Assembly: GCA_035368605.1 (NCBI GenBank)
Contig: DAOSLF010000003.1
Span: 889-64,888 of the forward strand
Direction: 5' to 3'
Origin: Candidatus Omnitrophota bacterium
GTDB taxonomy: Bacteria; Omnitrophota; Omnitrophia; Omnitrophales; Aquincolibacteriaceae
DNA length: 64,000 nt
Shown: positions 46,205 to 55,087 of the stretch, piece after piece
How positions within the stretch are numbered: the first letter of the stretch is position 1
Layout of the letters: each line of letters opens with the position of its first letter
Made by a program: the position numbers and the translations under genes
The notes under the pieces: model-generated
What the model was told of the DNA's origin: nothing
The model's input: the letters and a program-made list of their open reading frames with translations, nothing else
The model's database searches: none

Positions 46205-46915
46205 ATGAAATCCATGAAAAAGACACCTCAGATCACCAAGTCCCTTCTCAAGAAGTCATTCGGCCTGACGGTCAAAAAAGTCCCTCTTTACGAAGCCGCG
46301 CTGACACACCCTTCCTTCCGGCATGAAAACCAGATCAAGGCCAAACTCGAGGATTTCGACCGTCTGGAATTTCTCGGGGACTCGATCCTGAACGAAGTGA
46401 TCTGCCAGAGGATCTACGCGGATTTTCCGGACGCCGACGAGGGCATGCTTTCGAAGCTCCGGTCGATACTCGTTTCGCAGAAGATCCTCAGCCGCATCGC
46501 AGCAAAATTCAAGCTTCACAATCTGATCCGGCTCGGGAACAGCCTGGGCCAGGCCATGAAAACGCCGTATAAATTCAAACTGATGACAGACTCGATGGAA
46601 TCGATCTTTGCGGCGGTCTTTTTCGATCTCGGCCGGAAAAAAACGGAGGCATTCATCCTGAAACATTACGCGGAATATATCGACGCCAAACGGCTATTCC
46701 GCCTTGATCCCAACCCGAAGAGCACGCTCCAGGAACTGACGCTCAAGAAATGGCAGAAACTTCCCCAATACACCCACAAGTTCGGTCCGAAAGGCGTGAC
46801 TACGACAGTGTCCATAGACCGCCGGCGCAAGGCTTCGGGATTTCACAAGATCAAGAAGGAATCGGAGCTGAAGGCGGCACGGGCCCTTCTGAAACTTCTC
46901 CGGCAGGAACAATAA
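46205..46915 (+). CDS. rnc: Ribonuclease III
   Basis: ..LYEAALTHPSF.., catalytic signature ERLEFLGDSILN, a C-terminal dsRBD with a KK-rich end. The ORF-track start (46172) is a TTG inside the promoter -35, so the start is 46205, or 46214 if the mRNA is leaderless. Confidence 0.85.
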   Translation: MKSMKKTPQITKSLLKKSFGLTVKKVPLYEAALTHPSFRHENQIKAKLEDFDRLEFLGDSILNEVICQRIYADFPDADEGMLSKLRSILVSQKILSRIAAKFKLHNLIRLGNSLGQAMKTPYKFKLMTDSMESIFAAVFFDLGRKKTEAFILKHYAEYIDAKRLFRLDPNPKSTLQELTLKKWQKLPQYTHKFGPKGVTTTVSIDRRRKASGFHKIKKESELKAARALLKLLRQEQ

Positions 46916-46958
46916 TGGGGTCAGTCACCGTTTCCCTAAAACGGTGACTGACCCCATT
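46914..46958. repeat. 45-nt perfect palindromic hairpin element, copy 2 (terminator between rnc and the AsmA-like gene), overlapping the rnc stop codon
   Basis: AATGGGGTCAGTCACCGTTT-CCCTA-AAACGGTGACTGACCCCATT: a 20-bp perfect stem. It differs from copy 1 only by a compensated G/A-C/T pair and one loop base; the ATTAT flank is shared. Confidence 0.7.
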
Positions 46959-46961
46959 ATT

Positions 46962-49445
46962 CTAATCCAGAACGAGTTCGAAAAGGAGAGCGCGGGCTTT
47001 TTTGTTCCGGATCTTTTCGACGAGTTCTTCGACTTGCGCGGGGTCCGGTTTGATTTCGGGAGCGGATAAGGGGCCCGTGACCAGCATCGTGATCGGCCCC
47101 AGATGGGCACGCGTTTCCCTCCGAAAGGTTCCAGCCATCTCCGGAAAAATCTCCGCGGCAAGGGTCGTCGGAAAAAAAACATCCCACCGGAAATTCGTCA
47201 GGCCATCGAAACCAAGCGTACCTTCCCCAGCCACGACATAATCGGAACCCCTGGTCAGGAAGTTATCCGTCATGACCTTGCCGTCGAACAGACTCCAATT
47301 GAAATCCAGTTCGCTGAACGCGCCCGGGTCTTTCAACCGTTCACGGATACCGGAGAAAGGCGTAATAGTCGCCACAGCGCCGGGCAGATCAATGAAATTG
47401 ACCCGGCCGTTCGAAAGAGTAAAACGACCCTTTCCGCCGAGCAAACCAGCCCAGTTGTCTTTCCCCCAGCCATTTCCATGCAATGAGAACTTCAGGGTAA
47501 GCGATCCCGTCATCGGCGGCTGTTCCTGGCCCGAGCGGGTCAGAAAGGATGCAAAGTCCAGCCCCTTGGCCTCGCCTTCACAAAGGTACCCGATCGGTTT
47601 GGCTGAAAGGTCCAGCGACCCCGCCAGATCCAGCATTCCGCCATAAACCTGGGCGTGGAACTTGGGAACATCCCATTGCCCGTCCGAATAAGCCAGTTCC
47701 GCCGAAAAATCCTTGAGCGTCTGCCCCGAGGGGAACAAGTCTCCGATCGAGGTCTTCACATGGTCGAGCACGTCCCTGCCGGAGGCGAGATCGGCCTTTT
47801 TCCGGAAAAGCGCCATGACCGCGTCCCAGAATTCTTCCACTCGCAATTCCCCCGAAGAAAGACGGGCCCAGACCGCACTCTTCACACCCGGCTGGGTGAC
47901 CTTCAGGTCCGCGACCAGAGCGCTCCCTCCGATCTCGAACTTCATCTCCCGCCCTTCGAGCATGAGCGGGCTGTAATCGAAGGAAAAATTCGCGTTCCCG
48001 ACGCCCTTGCCGTCCTTGCCCGTCAAAGCGCCGTTCTCGATCGTCACATGAAAGATCTGCTCGGTCTTGTCAAAATGCCGGAGGTCCCCTTTCCAGTTCG
48101 CAAGCAACTTGGCATCACCGCGGACCTGGTATCCCTGGAGGGCGGGAACGAATTTCTCCCAGCCCGTCATGGAGAATTTGTTGGTCAGGAGATTCAACTG
48201 GCCGATGGCCGTCGCCATATCAAGGTCGGTCAGGTTCCCTTTGAGCGACATCTCCTGGAACCGCACGGAGAAATCTCCCGAAAGCACCGATCCCTTTTGG
48301 ACAAGATAATCAAAGGTCACGAGGAACGGAACATCCTTTGGCTTCGCGAAATAATTCCCGTATGTAAGAAGCGCAGGGCCGAAATCGAGATTAAGGTGGA
48401 GCGAAAGATGATCGAGGGTTCCTTCCAGGCTCAGGTTCCATTGGCTCATCCCCGAAAAACCAATCTGGAGCGGGAGGGCGTTCTCGACTCCGGGCCAGCA
48501 GGTGACGAGCTTTTCAAGCGCCACTTCCCTGGATGTAAAAAAGAGGCTTGGAATCTCACCCGTCCCGAGCTTGACGGTGCCGTTCGACTCGACCACCCCG
48601 AACGGGAAACGGAAAGAGGATTGGCTGACGGTCAGTTCCTCTGCCGACGCATTCCAGGCGCCGGTGATGTCCATATCGAGATCAAAAGGTTCCGGAGCAT
48701 TCCATAGTTGGCCGTTCAAAACCTCATAACTCAGCCCCACGATCCGCCCGGTCCCCGAGAAATTCATCGCGGCAACCTCGGGCTGTTTTTTGACCTCAAA
48801 GGAACCGTCCAGGATACCGTTCTTGAAAGCAAAAAAACGTCCCGCCTCACCCGCCATTTTTCCGGGGTTCACAAGCGGAAGTCCCTTGAAATCGATCAAT
48901 AACCGGACATTCGTTTTATTCCAGTCCGGTTTTTCGACCGACGGAATGACCACATGGCCTTTGACGCCAAGCGCTTCGGCCCGGTCACCGACATCGCTGG
49001 TCATCTGGACCGGGATGGGAAGGTTCGGGCGGATCGCACCCATTTTCAGCGCGACGTTGCGGAACTGGAGCGGACCGAGCACCGGGAACCAGGGAATGCC
49101 GGCATCAGCCTGGCCGCCGAAGACACAGATGCCGGACGGCTCAACCCTGCCCCACGCCATCGGGATGATATTGAAATCAAAACGTATCGAATCCGCGCGG
49201 ATCGTCGCGGATCCGTCCGTGAACGTCAGGGAAGGTTTCAAGAGAGAAATGGCCGGCTGCGGAAGGAATTTGATCTCGATCCCGTCATGGGAGACGAGCC
49301 CGCCGGAGACATTCTGGATTTTCTGGATGAGATAATCCTGAACCCTGGGCGAGCGGAGGAGACGATCGGACTGGAACCAGACAAAAGCGGCAAAGGCGAC
49401 CGCGGCGAGGAAAAGTAACAGGAAAAAGCGTGCGCCTTTCTTCAT
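46962..49445 (-). CDS. AsmA-family outer-membrane-biogenesis-like protein (827 aa)
   Basis: N-terminal signal anchor MKKGARFFLLLFLAAVAFAAFVWF, then a long mostly beta periplasmic body with the AsmA-like pattern of repeated hydrophobic strands. Assignment rests on architecture only. Confidence 0.45.
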   Translation of the reverse strand: MKKGARFFLLLFLAAVAFAAFVWFQSDRLLRSPRVQDYLIQKIQNVSGGLVSHDGIEIKFLPQPAISLLKPSLTFTDGSATIRADSIRFDFNIIPMAWGRVEPSGICVFGGQADAGIPWFPVLGPLQFRNVALKMGAIRPNLPIPVQMTSDVGDRAEALGVKGHVVIPSVEKPDWNKTNVRLLIDFKGLPLVNPGKMAGEAGRFFAFKNGILDGSFEVKKQPEVAAMNFSGTGRIVGLSYEVLNGQLWNAPEPFDLDMDITGAWNASAEELTVSQSSFRFPFGVVESNGTVKLGTGEIPSLFFTSREVALEKLVTCWPGVENALPLQIGFSGMSQWNLSLEGTLDHLSLHLNLDFGPALLTYGNYFAKPKDVPFLVTFDYLVQKGSVLSGDFSVRFQEMSLKGNLTDLDMATAIGQLNLLTNKFSMTGWEKFVPALQGYQVRGDAKLLANWKGDLRHFDKTEQIFHVTIENGALTGKDGKGVGNANFSFDYSPLMLEGREMKFEIGGSALVADLKVTQPGVKSAVWARLSSGELRVEEFWDAVMALFRKKADLASGRDVLDHVKTSIGDLFPSGQTLKDFSAELAYSDGQWDVPKFHAQVYGGMLDLAGSLDLSAKPIGYLCEGEAKGLDFASFLTRSGQEQPPMTGSLTLKFSLHGNGWGKDNWAGLLGGKGRFTLSNGRVNFIDLPGAVATITPFSGIRERLKDPGAFSELDFNWSLFDGKVMTDNFLTRGSDYVVAGEGTLGFDGLTNFRWDVFFPTTLAAEIFPEMAGTFRRETRAHLGPITMLVTGPLSAPEIKPDPAQVEELVEKIRNKKARALLFELVLD

Positions 49446-49496
49446 GCGGGCCGTCCTCGTATTAAATGACCGGTGACCTTCCGGAGCCAGCGACGG

Positions 49497-49628
49497 GCAT
49501 CAATAAGCGTTGCTGCTCATCTGGGACCCGCCGAGCGGCGAATAATTGTAATCCTGCAAAAACTGCTGGCAACCTGAACAGACCCATCCCAGCAGAACAA
49601 TCAGGGACAGGATCAGGAACTGACGCAT
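49497..49628 (-). CDS. Putative 43-aa lipoprotein-like micro-protein translationally coupled to rpsI (below the ORF-track size cutoff)
   Basis: The ATG overlaps the rpsI stop as TAATG. My translation is MRQFLILSLIVLLGWVCSGCQQFLQDYNYSPLGGSQMSSNAY*: a hydrophobic signal peptide, an SGC lipobox-like site and a short mature peptide. My base counting may be off by 1 nt. Confidence 0.3.
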
Positions 49629-50020
49629 TAACGCTTCGTATACTGGAAGCGACGGCGAGCGCCTTTGCGGCCAGCCTTTTTGCGCTCTTTTTCGCGGGGG
49701 TCGCGAGTAAGATAACCACCCTGACGCAACGTCGAGCGGCTGTCGGCGTTCAGTTCAAGAAGCGCTCTGGCGATCCCGAGACGGACCGCACCCGCCTGGC
49801 CCGCCGTTCCGCCGCCATCAACACGGGCACGGATGCGGACCTGGCCGAGGAGGTTCACCGCCTTGAGCGGCTGCTCCACGACCATCTGCAAATTGGCGCG
49901 TTTGAGATATTTATCAGAATCCTGGCCGTTGATCTTGAACCCTTTCTGTCCGGGGAAAATCCAGACACGGGCGATCGCGGATTTTCTGCGGCCGGTCGCG
50001 TAAATGGGAGCTGTTGCCAT
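49628..50020 (-). CDS. rpsI: 30S ribosomal protein S9
   Basis: ..YATGRRKSAIARV.. and ..GGGTAGQAGAVRLGIARAL..; ends ..RRRFQYTKR. Confidence 0.92.
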   Translation of the reverse strand: MATAPIYATGRRKSAIARVWIFPGQKGFKINGQDSDKYLKRANLQMVVEQPLKAVNLLGQVRIRARVDGGGTAGQAGAVRLGIARALLELNADSRSTLRQGGYLTRDPREKERKKAGRKGARRRFQYTKR

Positions 50021-50022
50021 CT

Positions 50023-50454
50023 TCAGGAAACCTCGATTTGAATCGGCTTTTGAGCCTTGTGGTTATAGTCAGGACCGGCGAACACGCGAAGACGTTTGGC
50101 CATCACATCCCCGTTCCGGGTCTTGGGAAGCATGCGGGTCACGGCCTTCGTGATAACATCGGCCGGCTTTTTCTCCATGAGCTCTTCGAGCGTCACTGAG
50201 TGAAAGCCGCCGGAATACCCGGACCAGCGGGTGTAGACCTTCTGTTCTTTTTTTTTGCCGGTCACGCGGATTTTCGCGGCATTGATCACGATGACCTGAT
50301 CGCCCGTAATCTGATCTTTCGCAAAGCAAGCCTTGCCTTTCCCGATCAGAAGGGACGCTGCCTTCGTGGCCAGACGCCCGAGGGTCTTCCCCGATGCGTC
50401 GATGAGATAAACCTTGCGGTTGATGTCCTTTTCCTTAGGAATAAACGTTTTCAT
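50023..50454 (-). CDS. rplM: 50S ribosomal protein L13
   Basis: MKTFIPKEKDINRKVYLIDASGKTLGRLATKAASLL.. and ..GDVMAKRLRVFAG..; ends 2 nt before rpsI. Confidence 0.92.
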   Translation of the reverse strand: MKTFIPKEKDINRKVYLIDASGKTLGRLATKAASLLIGKGKACFAKDQITGDQVIVINAAKIRVTGKKKEQKVYTRWSGYSGGFHSVTLEELMEKKPADVITKAVTRMLPKTRNGDVMAKRLRVFAGPDYNHKAQKPIQIEVS

Positions 50455-50713
50455 AACTCTCTTCTCTTGAATGAATTGGCACCGCTTCTCCTGTTCTACA
50501 GGCTAGCGTCGCAACGCCATTTACCCATAAAATCACACGGAAAACAGTGTTAGGGAAAAATCACTACGGAGGAAATCTTCCCGCGACTCGAAGTGTCCCG
50601 AAAAAGTTCGCAGAGTATACCAAAGCACCCCTGCGGTGTCAAACGTTTACCCTCTTTTTTTTATTGGACGGACCGGAAGACACGACCGCCAAAAACTCCC
50701 GGAAATATTCGCA

Positions 50714-50745
50714 AATGACCCCGAACCCGAAGGTCCGGGGTCATT
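50714..50745 (-). terminator. Hairpin terminator downstream of the giant propeller-protein gene
   Basis: ATGACCCCGAACC-CGAA-GGTCCGGGGTCAT (one mismatch), with a moderate T-tract on the minus-strand transcript. Confidence 0.5.
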
Positions 50746-50774
50746 CACAGCCGTCCCGTCCGAAGATCCCACCA

Positions 50775-53700
50775 TTACTGTTTAAAGGAAGCCCACTTCC
50801 TCGTGACCGGATCATAGCTTTTCAGCACGGATCTCCTTCCGGACTTAACCGTATAGATCTCTTTCAGGCCGGTAGCCGTCATGACGTAATAGAGCCCCGA
50901 GCGGTATCCCCTCCGGTCCTGCGAGCTCGGCTTCTCGGAAACCGCGCCCGTCGTAAGGTTCATGACCCGGACCTTGTTTCCTGAGATCGTCTGATACGCC
51001 AACGTCGCAAGCGACGGAACGGCGGTCCATCCCGCAGGGATGGGCCGCGGCACGATCTTGAGCGTGTTCATGTCGACCCAGGTCTGCGAGCCGTTCGTTT
51101 TGGTGATCACTGCGTTCATTCCTTCAAAAACAACCGACTTTGCCGCTCCGGAGACCCTCAGCTTTTGGGTCGCGTCCGCGATCTTTTGCACATAGATACT
51201 TCTCGGAGCAATGCCGTAGACCACGGTTGCGCCGTCAGGAGAAACGTCATAGACGCTGCTGACCGGAACCGTCGAATACCGCCCCCCTTTATAAACCTTG
51301 AATAGTACCTTCGACTCTCCTGTCTTCAGATCCAGCAGGATCAGCTTGCTATATCTATTCACGGTCTCGATCTTGAACGCGTAGTTCACGTTCGATGCCG
51401 CCCGAGTCCAGCCGGCGGGCAAAGGAGGATCCATCAACTGCAGCGTGTCGAGATCCACATACTTTGTTTCCACCGCTCCGCCCGAATGCGTGACCGTGCA
51501 GACCGCGACACTTCCCCGGTACTCCACAGCGGTTACGGCTCCCGAAAGCGTCATTTGCGCGGCAGTTCCCAGATTGATGATGAAGGTCTTGCTGTAATCC
51601 GCATCCCCGTTGCCGGTCGCGGAAACACCGACCGTCAGAACGGTCTTCCCGGAGGGCGTCCGGTACACATCGATCGTTCGATACGAACCCGACCCCGAAC
51701 TCCCGCCCGCCGCCTGGCTCGCCGGATAAAAAATCTTGACCGGCGTCAGAACCAGGTGCTCCGTCCCGGCGGAAGCATCATAGACAAACACTTCGTAGGT
51801 GTTGCTGTAGGTGATCTTCGTCGGAACAATGAGATACCCCTCATCCAGCACCGCATCCGCCTGCTCGAGAAGCGTGTGGTGAGACAAAGTGCTTGCGAGG
51901 GTCGTTTGATCCACCACATAAACATCCCCGATCCGGGTGCCGTTCCGGTAAGCCGTAGCCATTACCACCGAAACATTCCCGTCAGAGAGAAAACCGACGC
52001 TCTGGGGAATACCCGTGATGTCCGCATGTTTCGTGGCATCACCAACCTGCTGAACACGCAGCCAGCCCGTTGCCGGGGTGGCGTAATCGTTCCGCACGCC
52101 GAAATAAACCAGCTCGCCGCTCGGGGAAATGTCCATCGAGGTATAACTGTTCGGCGGCGATTGGAGAGAATAGAGTTCCCGGATCTCGCCGGTCCCGAGG
52201 TCCTGGATTTTTAATCTCGTGTAGTTGCCATGATTGTCCGGATTGATCCAATCCTCGGTCATAAACGCATAATTCGCATTACCCGCCGCCCGAGTCCAGC
52301 CGGCGGGCAAAGGAGGATCCATCAACTGCAGCGTGTCGAGATCCACATACTTTGTTTCCACCGCTCCGCCCGAATGCGTGACCGTGCAGACCGCGACACT
52401 TCCCCGGTACTCCACAGCGGTTACGGCTCCCGAAAGCGTCATTTGCGCGGCAGTTCCCAGATTGATGATGAAGGTCTTGCTGTAATCCGCATCCCCGTTG
52501 CCGGTCGCGGAAACACCGACCGTCAGAACGGTCTTCCCGGAGGGCGTCCGGTACACATCGATCGTTCGATACGAACCCGACCCCGAACTCCCGCCCGCCG
52601 CCTGGCTCGCCGGATAAAAAATCTTGACCGGCGTCAGAACCAGGTGCTCCGTCCCGGCGGAAGCATCATAGACAAACACTTCGTAGGTGTTGCTGTAGGT
52701 GATCTTCGTCGGAACAATGAGATACCCCTCATCCAGCACCGCATCCGCCTGCTCGAGAAGCGTGTGGTGAGACAAAGTGCTTGCGAGGGTCGTTTGATCC
52801 ACCACATAAACATCCCCGATCCGGGTGCCGTTCCGGTAAGCCGTAGCCATTACCACCGAAACATTCCCGTCAGAGAGAAAACCGACGCTCTGGGGAATAC
52901 CCGTGATGTCCGCATGTTTCGTGGCATCACCAACCTGCTGAACACGCAGCCAGCCCGTTGCCGGGGTGGCGTAATCGTTCCGCACGCCGAAATAAACCAG
53001 CTCGCCGCTCGGGGAAATGTCCATCGAGGTATAACTGTTCGGCGGCGATTGGAGAGAATAGAGTTCCCGGATCTCGCCGGTCCCGAGGTCCTGGATTTTT
53101 AATCTCGTGTAGTTGTTACGATTGTCCGGATTGATCCAATCCTCGGTCGCAAAAGCATAATTCGCATTACTCGCCGCTCGAGTCCAGCCCTGGGGGATTG
53201 CCGGGACATGATAAAGGTCCATCGTCCCCTGGAGGCCTATCCCCTCAATGATGACATAGATCGTTCGCACTTTCGAAAGATCGACCTGCTGGAACAGTGT
53301 CGCGGGAATCCGGTAAATGTTTTCCTCGCCGGATTCGATACCCGTCAAATGGACAAAAGCCTTCTGGTCATTTGCGTCCACAAATTCCAGTTTGATGGTT
53401 CCGGCGGTTCCCTTGAGCCCGAAAACAAACTCACTGAAACCGCTGAGGTCGTTCGTTTCAATCTCCGGAGTTCCGTAATGGTCGAACGTCAATCCCCCGC
53501 CAGCCCAACCGAATATGCCTGTGTTGTAGGTGAAAGAGCCCCCTCGGCCGTGCGCCGTCGCGGCGGCATTCGCATCCCCTCCATAAATCACCGTGATCAC
53601 CGGATTCCCGGGCAGGGGCGTCAGATTCTCGGAGGTCAGGAAAGTATCCGGGAGGATTTTCGGCTTGTAAGGATGTTCTCCCAACCGCACCTGGAGTTCC

Positions 53701-54917
53701 CCTGTCGGCTGCGAGACGCCATGGCTCTCCACGACCACGTTGATGTTCGTGATCCGGTGGAGGTCGAGCCCGGGATTGTTCGCGAGAAGTTCGCTCATCG
53801 GTATCGCGTAAAACTGCTCCGATGTTCCGACATCCGCCAGATGGACGACCCCCTTGTTCCGGGCCGCATCCTCAAATTCCACCTTGATCCGCCCGCTACC
53901 GCTCGACAGCCTGAGGCCCAGCACAAGGTTCGCCATTCCGGTCAAATCCCTGGACTCCACCGCCGGCGTCCTGTAATCATCGAATGACGTCACCCCCGCC
54001 GCCCAGCCGGCGCTCGGCGGCAGAGCGTAAGAGAGCGTGTAAAGCGATGAACTCTGCTGCGAAACCTCTCCAAAGGCGCCTTCGGGGCCCGCGACATCGA
54101 TCAGATGATGGATTCCGGAAAAAGTGCTCACGTCTGCCGGTGTCAGGGCCGGATTGGAAACGACCACCGGCGTATACGCCAAGCCCGCGGTCTCGATCTC
54201 GACCGTGCCGCTGGATCCCGCGTTCGCCTTATCCGCAACAAAAACGATCTCGCGAATCCGGGTCGCATCAAGCTGCGGGGAAAGCGTCTGGAGCGTGGTG
54301 GAAGAAATAACGTAATTTTTGAAATCGCTGGTGAGGGTGAGCGGAACAGTGGCCACATGATTCGAGACATCTTTGATCTCCAGCTTGAGCGTGGCGTCCG
54401 GGGTCCCTTTAGCCGCGACCGTCAGCCCGGAGGCTGAAAGATTCATCGGAGCCGACCCGGAGAGATAAACGAACGCGAAATCATCGCTGTCCAGGTTGCT
54501 GTATTGCATCTGGATGTTTCGGGAAGAGGTCTGATGGACCTGAAGAGTCCCGCTCACCACAGTTTCCCCGCTGCCGACGCCGGATCCGATCACCGGTCTG
54601 TCAGGCAACACGGTAATCCGGGAAGGATCATAGGCGGCCGTTGTGAAATTCTGCGTATCGCTTGCTGCCGACAAGGGGCTAACGCTTTGAGTAACAGAAC
54701 CGGAAGGAACGGCTTTCGTATCAGAAACCGTTTTTGAATTCGCCTCCGCAAGGGTCCTCGTCCGGATATGGTCGCGCCCGGTCAAATACCCATGGGCCGC
54801 GAAGGAAGTGGGCACAGGAATCCCGTTAAAAATAAAAAGGACGGTTACGAGATACGCAACCGTCCTTTGCATAAGTCCGTTTTTGACACCTCTAATTTCA
54901 TTTTTCTGTGCGTCCAT
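50775..54917 (-). CDS. Giant secreted protein (1380 aa): N-terminal beta-sandwich-like modules plus three TolB/PD40-like beta-propeller modules, two of them a near-identical tandem duplication
   Basis: RBS AAGGGGGTG upstream of the ATG at 54917; signal/anchor ..MQRTVAYLVTVLFIFNGIPVPTSFAA. Two ~70-aa modules share GxIKVEFEDA / GTIKLEFVDA. Three ~296-aa units start P(A/I)GWTRAA(S/G)N(A/V)NYAF and contain DISPSGELVYFG / DVSPDGATVVYG (PD40-like). It ends ..RKWASFKQ. Confidence 0.7.
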   Translation of the reverse strand: MDAQKNEIRGVKNGLMQRTVAYLVTVLFIFNGIPVPTSFAAHGYLTGRDHIRTRTLAEANSKTVSDTKAVPSGSVTQSVSPLSAASDTQNFTTAAYDPSRITVLPDRPVIGSGVGSGETVVSGTLQVHQTSSRNIQMQYSNLDSDDFAFVYLSGSAPMNLSASGLTVAAKGTPDATLKLEIKDVSNHVATVPLTLTSDFKNYVISSTTLQTLSPQLDATRIREIVFVADKANAGSSGTVEIETAGLAYTPVVVSNPALTPADVSTFSGIHHLIDVAGPEGAFGEVSQQSSSLYTLSYALPPSAGWAAGVTSFDDYRTPAVESRDLTGMANLVLGLRLSSGSGRIKVEFEDAARNKGVVHLADVGTSEQFYAIPMSELLANNPGLDLHRITNINVVVESHGVSQPTGELQVRLGEHPYKPKILPDTFLTSENLTPLPGNPVITVIYGGDANAAATAHGRGGSFTYNTGIFGWAGGGLTFDHYGTPEIETNDLSGFSEFVFGLKGTAGTIKLEFVDANDQKAFVHLTGIESGEENIYRIPATLFQQVDLSKVRTIYVIIEGIGLQGTMDLYHVPAIPQGWTRAASNANYAFATEDWINPDNRNNYTRLKIQDLGTGEIRELYSLQSPPNSYTSMDISPSGELVYFGVRNDYATPATGWLRVQQVGDATKHADITGIPQSVGFLSDGNVSVVMATAYRNGTRIGDVYVVDQTTLASTLSHHTLLEQADAVLDEGYLIVPTKITYSNTYEVFVYDASAGTEHLVLTPVKIFYPASQAAGGSSGSGSYRTIDVYRTPSGKTVLTVGVSATGNGDADYSKTFIINLGTAAQMTLSGAVTAVEYRGSVAVCTVTHSGGAVETKYVDLDTLQLMDPPLPAGWTRAAGNANYAFMTEDWINPDNHGNYTRLKIQDLGTGEIRELYSLQSPPNSYTSMDISPSGELVYFGVRNDYATPATGWLRVQQVGDATKHADITGIPQSVGFLSDGNVSVVMATAYRNGTRIGDVYVVDQTTLASTLSHHTLLEQADAVLDEGYLIVPTKITYSNTYEVFVYDASAGTEHLVLTPVKIFYPASQAAGGSSGSGSYRTIDVYRTPSGKTVLTVGVSATGNGDADYSKTFIINLGTAAQMTLSGAVTAVEYRGSVAVCTVTHSGGAVETKYVDLDTLQLMDPPLPAGWTRAASNVNYAFKIETVNRYSKLILLDLKTGESKVLFKVYKGGRYSTVPVSSVYDVSPDGATVVYGIAPRSIYVQKIADATQKLRVSGAAKSVVFEGMNAVITKTNGSQTWVDMNTLKIVPRPIPAGWTAVPSLATLAYQTISGNKVRVMNLTTGAVSEKPSSQDRRGYRSGLYYVMTATGLKEIYTVKSGRRSVLKSYDPVTRKWASFKQ
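51396..53171. repeat. Two tandem copies of an 888-bp unit, essentially identical over about 830 bp each, inside the propeller-protein gene
   Basis: The period is exactly 888 nt (51401 vs 52289; 51486 vs 52374). Identical antisense ORFs appear in the track at 51486..52214 and 52230..53102. The copies differ only near their high-coordinate ends (protein level: AASNANYAFATEDWINPDNRNNY vs AAGNANYAFMTEDWINPDNHGNY). A third, diverged unit follows toward lower coordinates. Confidence 0.85.
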
Positions 54918-55087
54918 GACCGCACCCCCTTGTTTTCATTTTTTTATATCCTTAAAGCTCATCATTAAATTCTTTTTTAAATATCTTTAAAAGTATTCCA
55001 AAAAAACCGTCGGCAAGCCGAATATTAACACATTTTAATCCAATGTCAAGGCGCGGATATTTCTTGCTATGAAAAACACCACTTCCG

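Noticed and set aside
51486-53102. Two identical 242/290-aa plus-strand ORFs (MRDRADRDTSP..)
   Set aside because: They are antisense to the duplicated propeller modules. They are useful only as independent confirmation of the 888-bp perfect tandem repeat; not considered genes.
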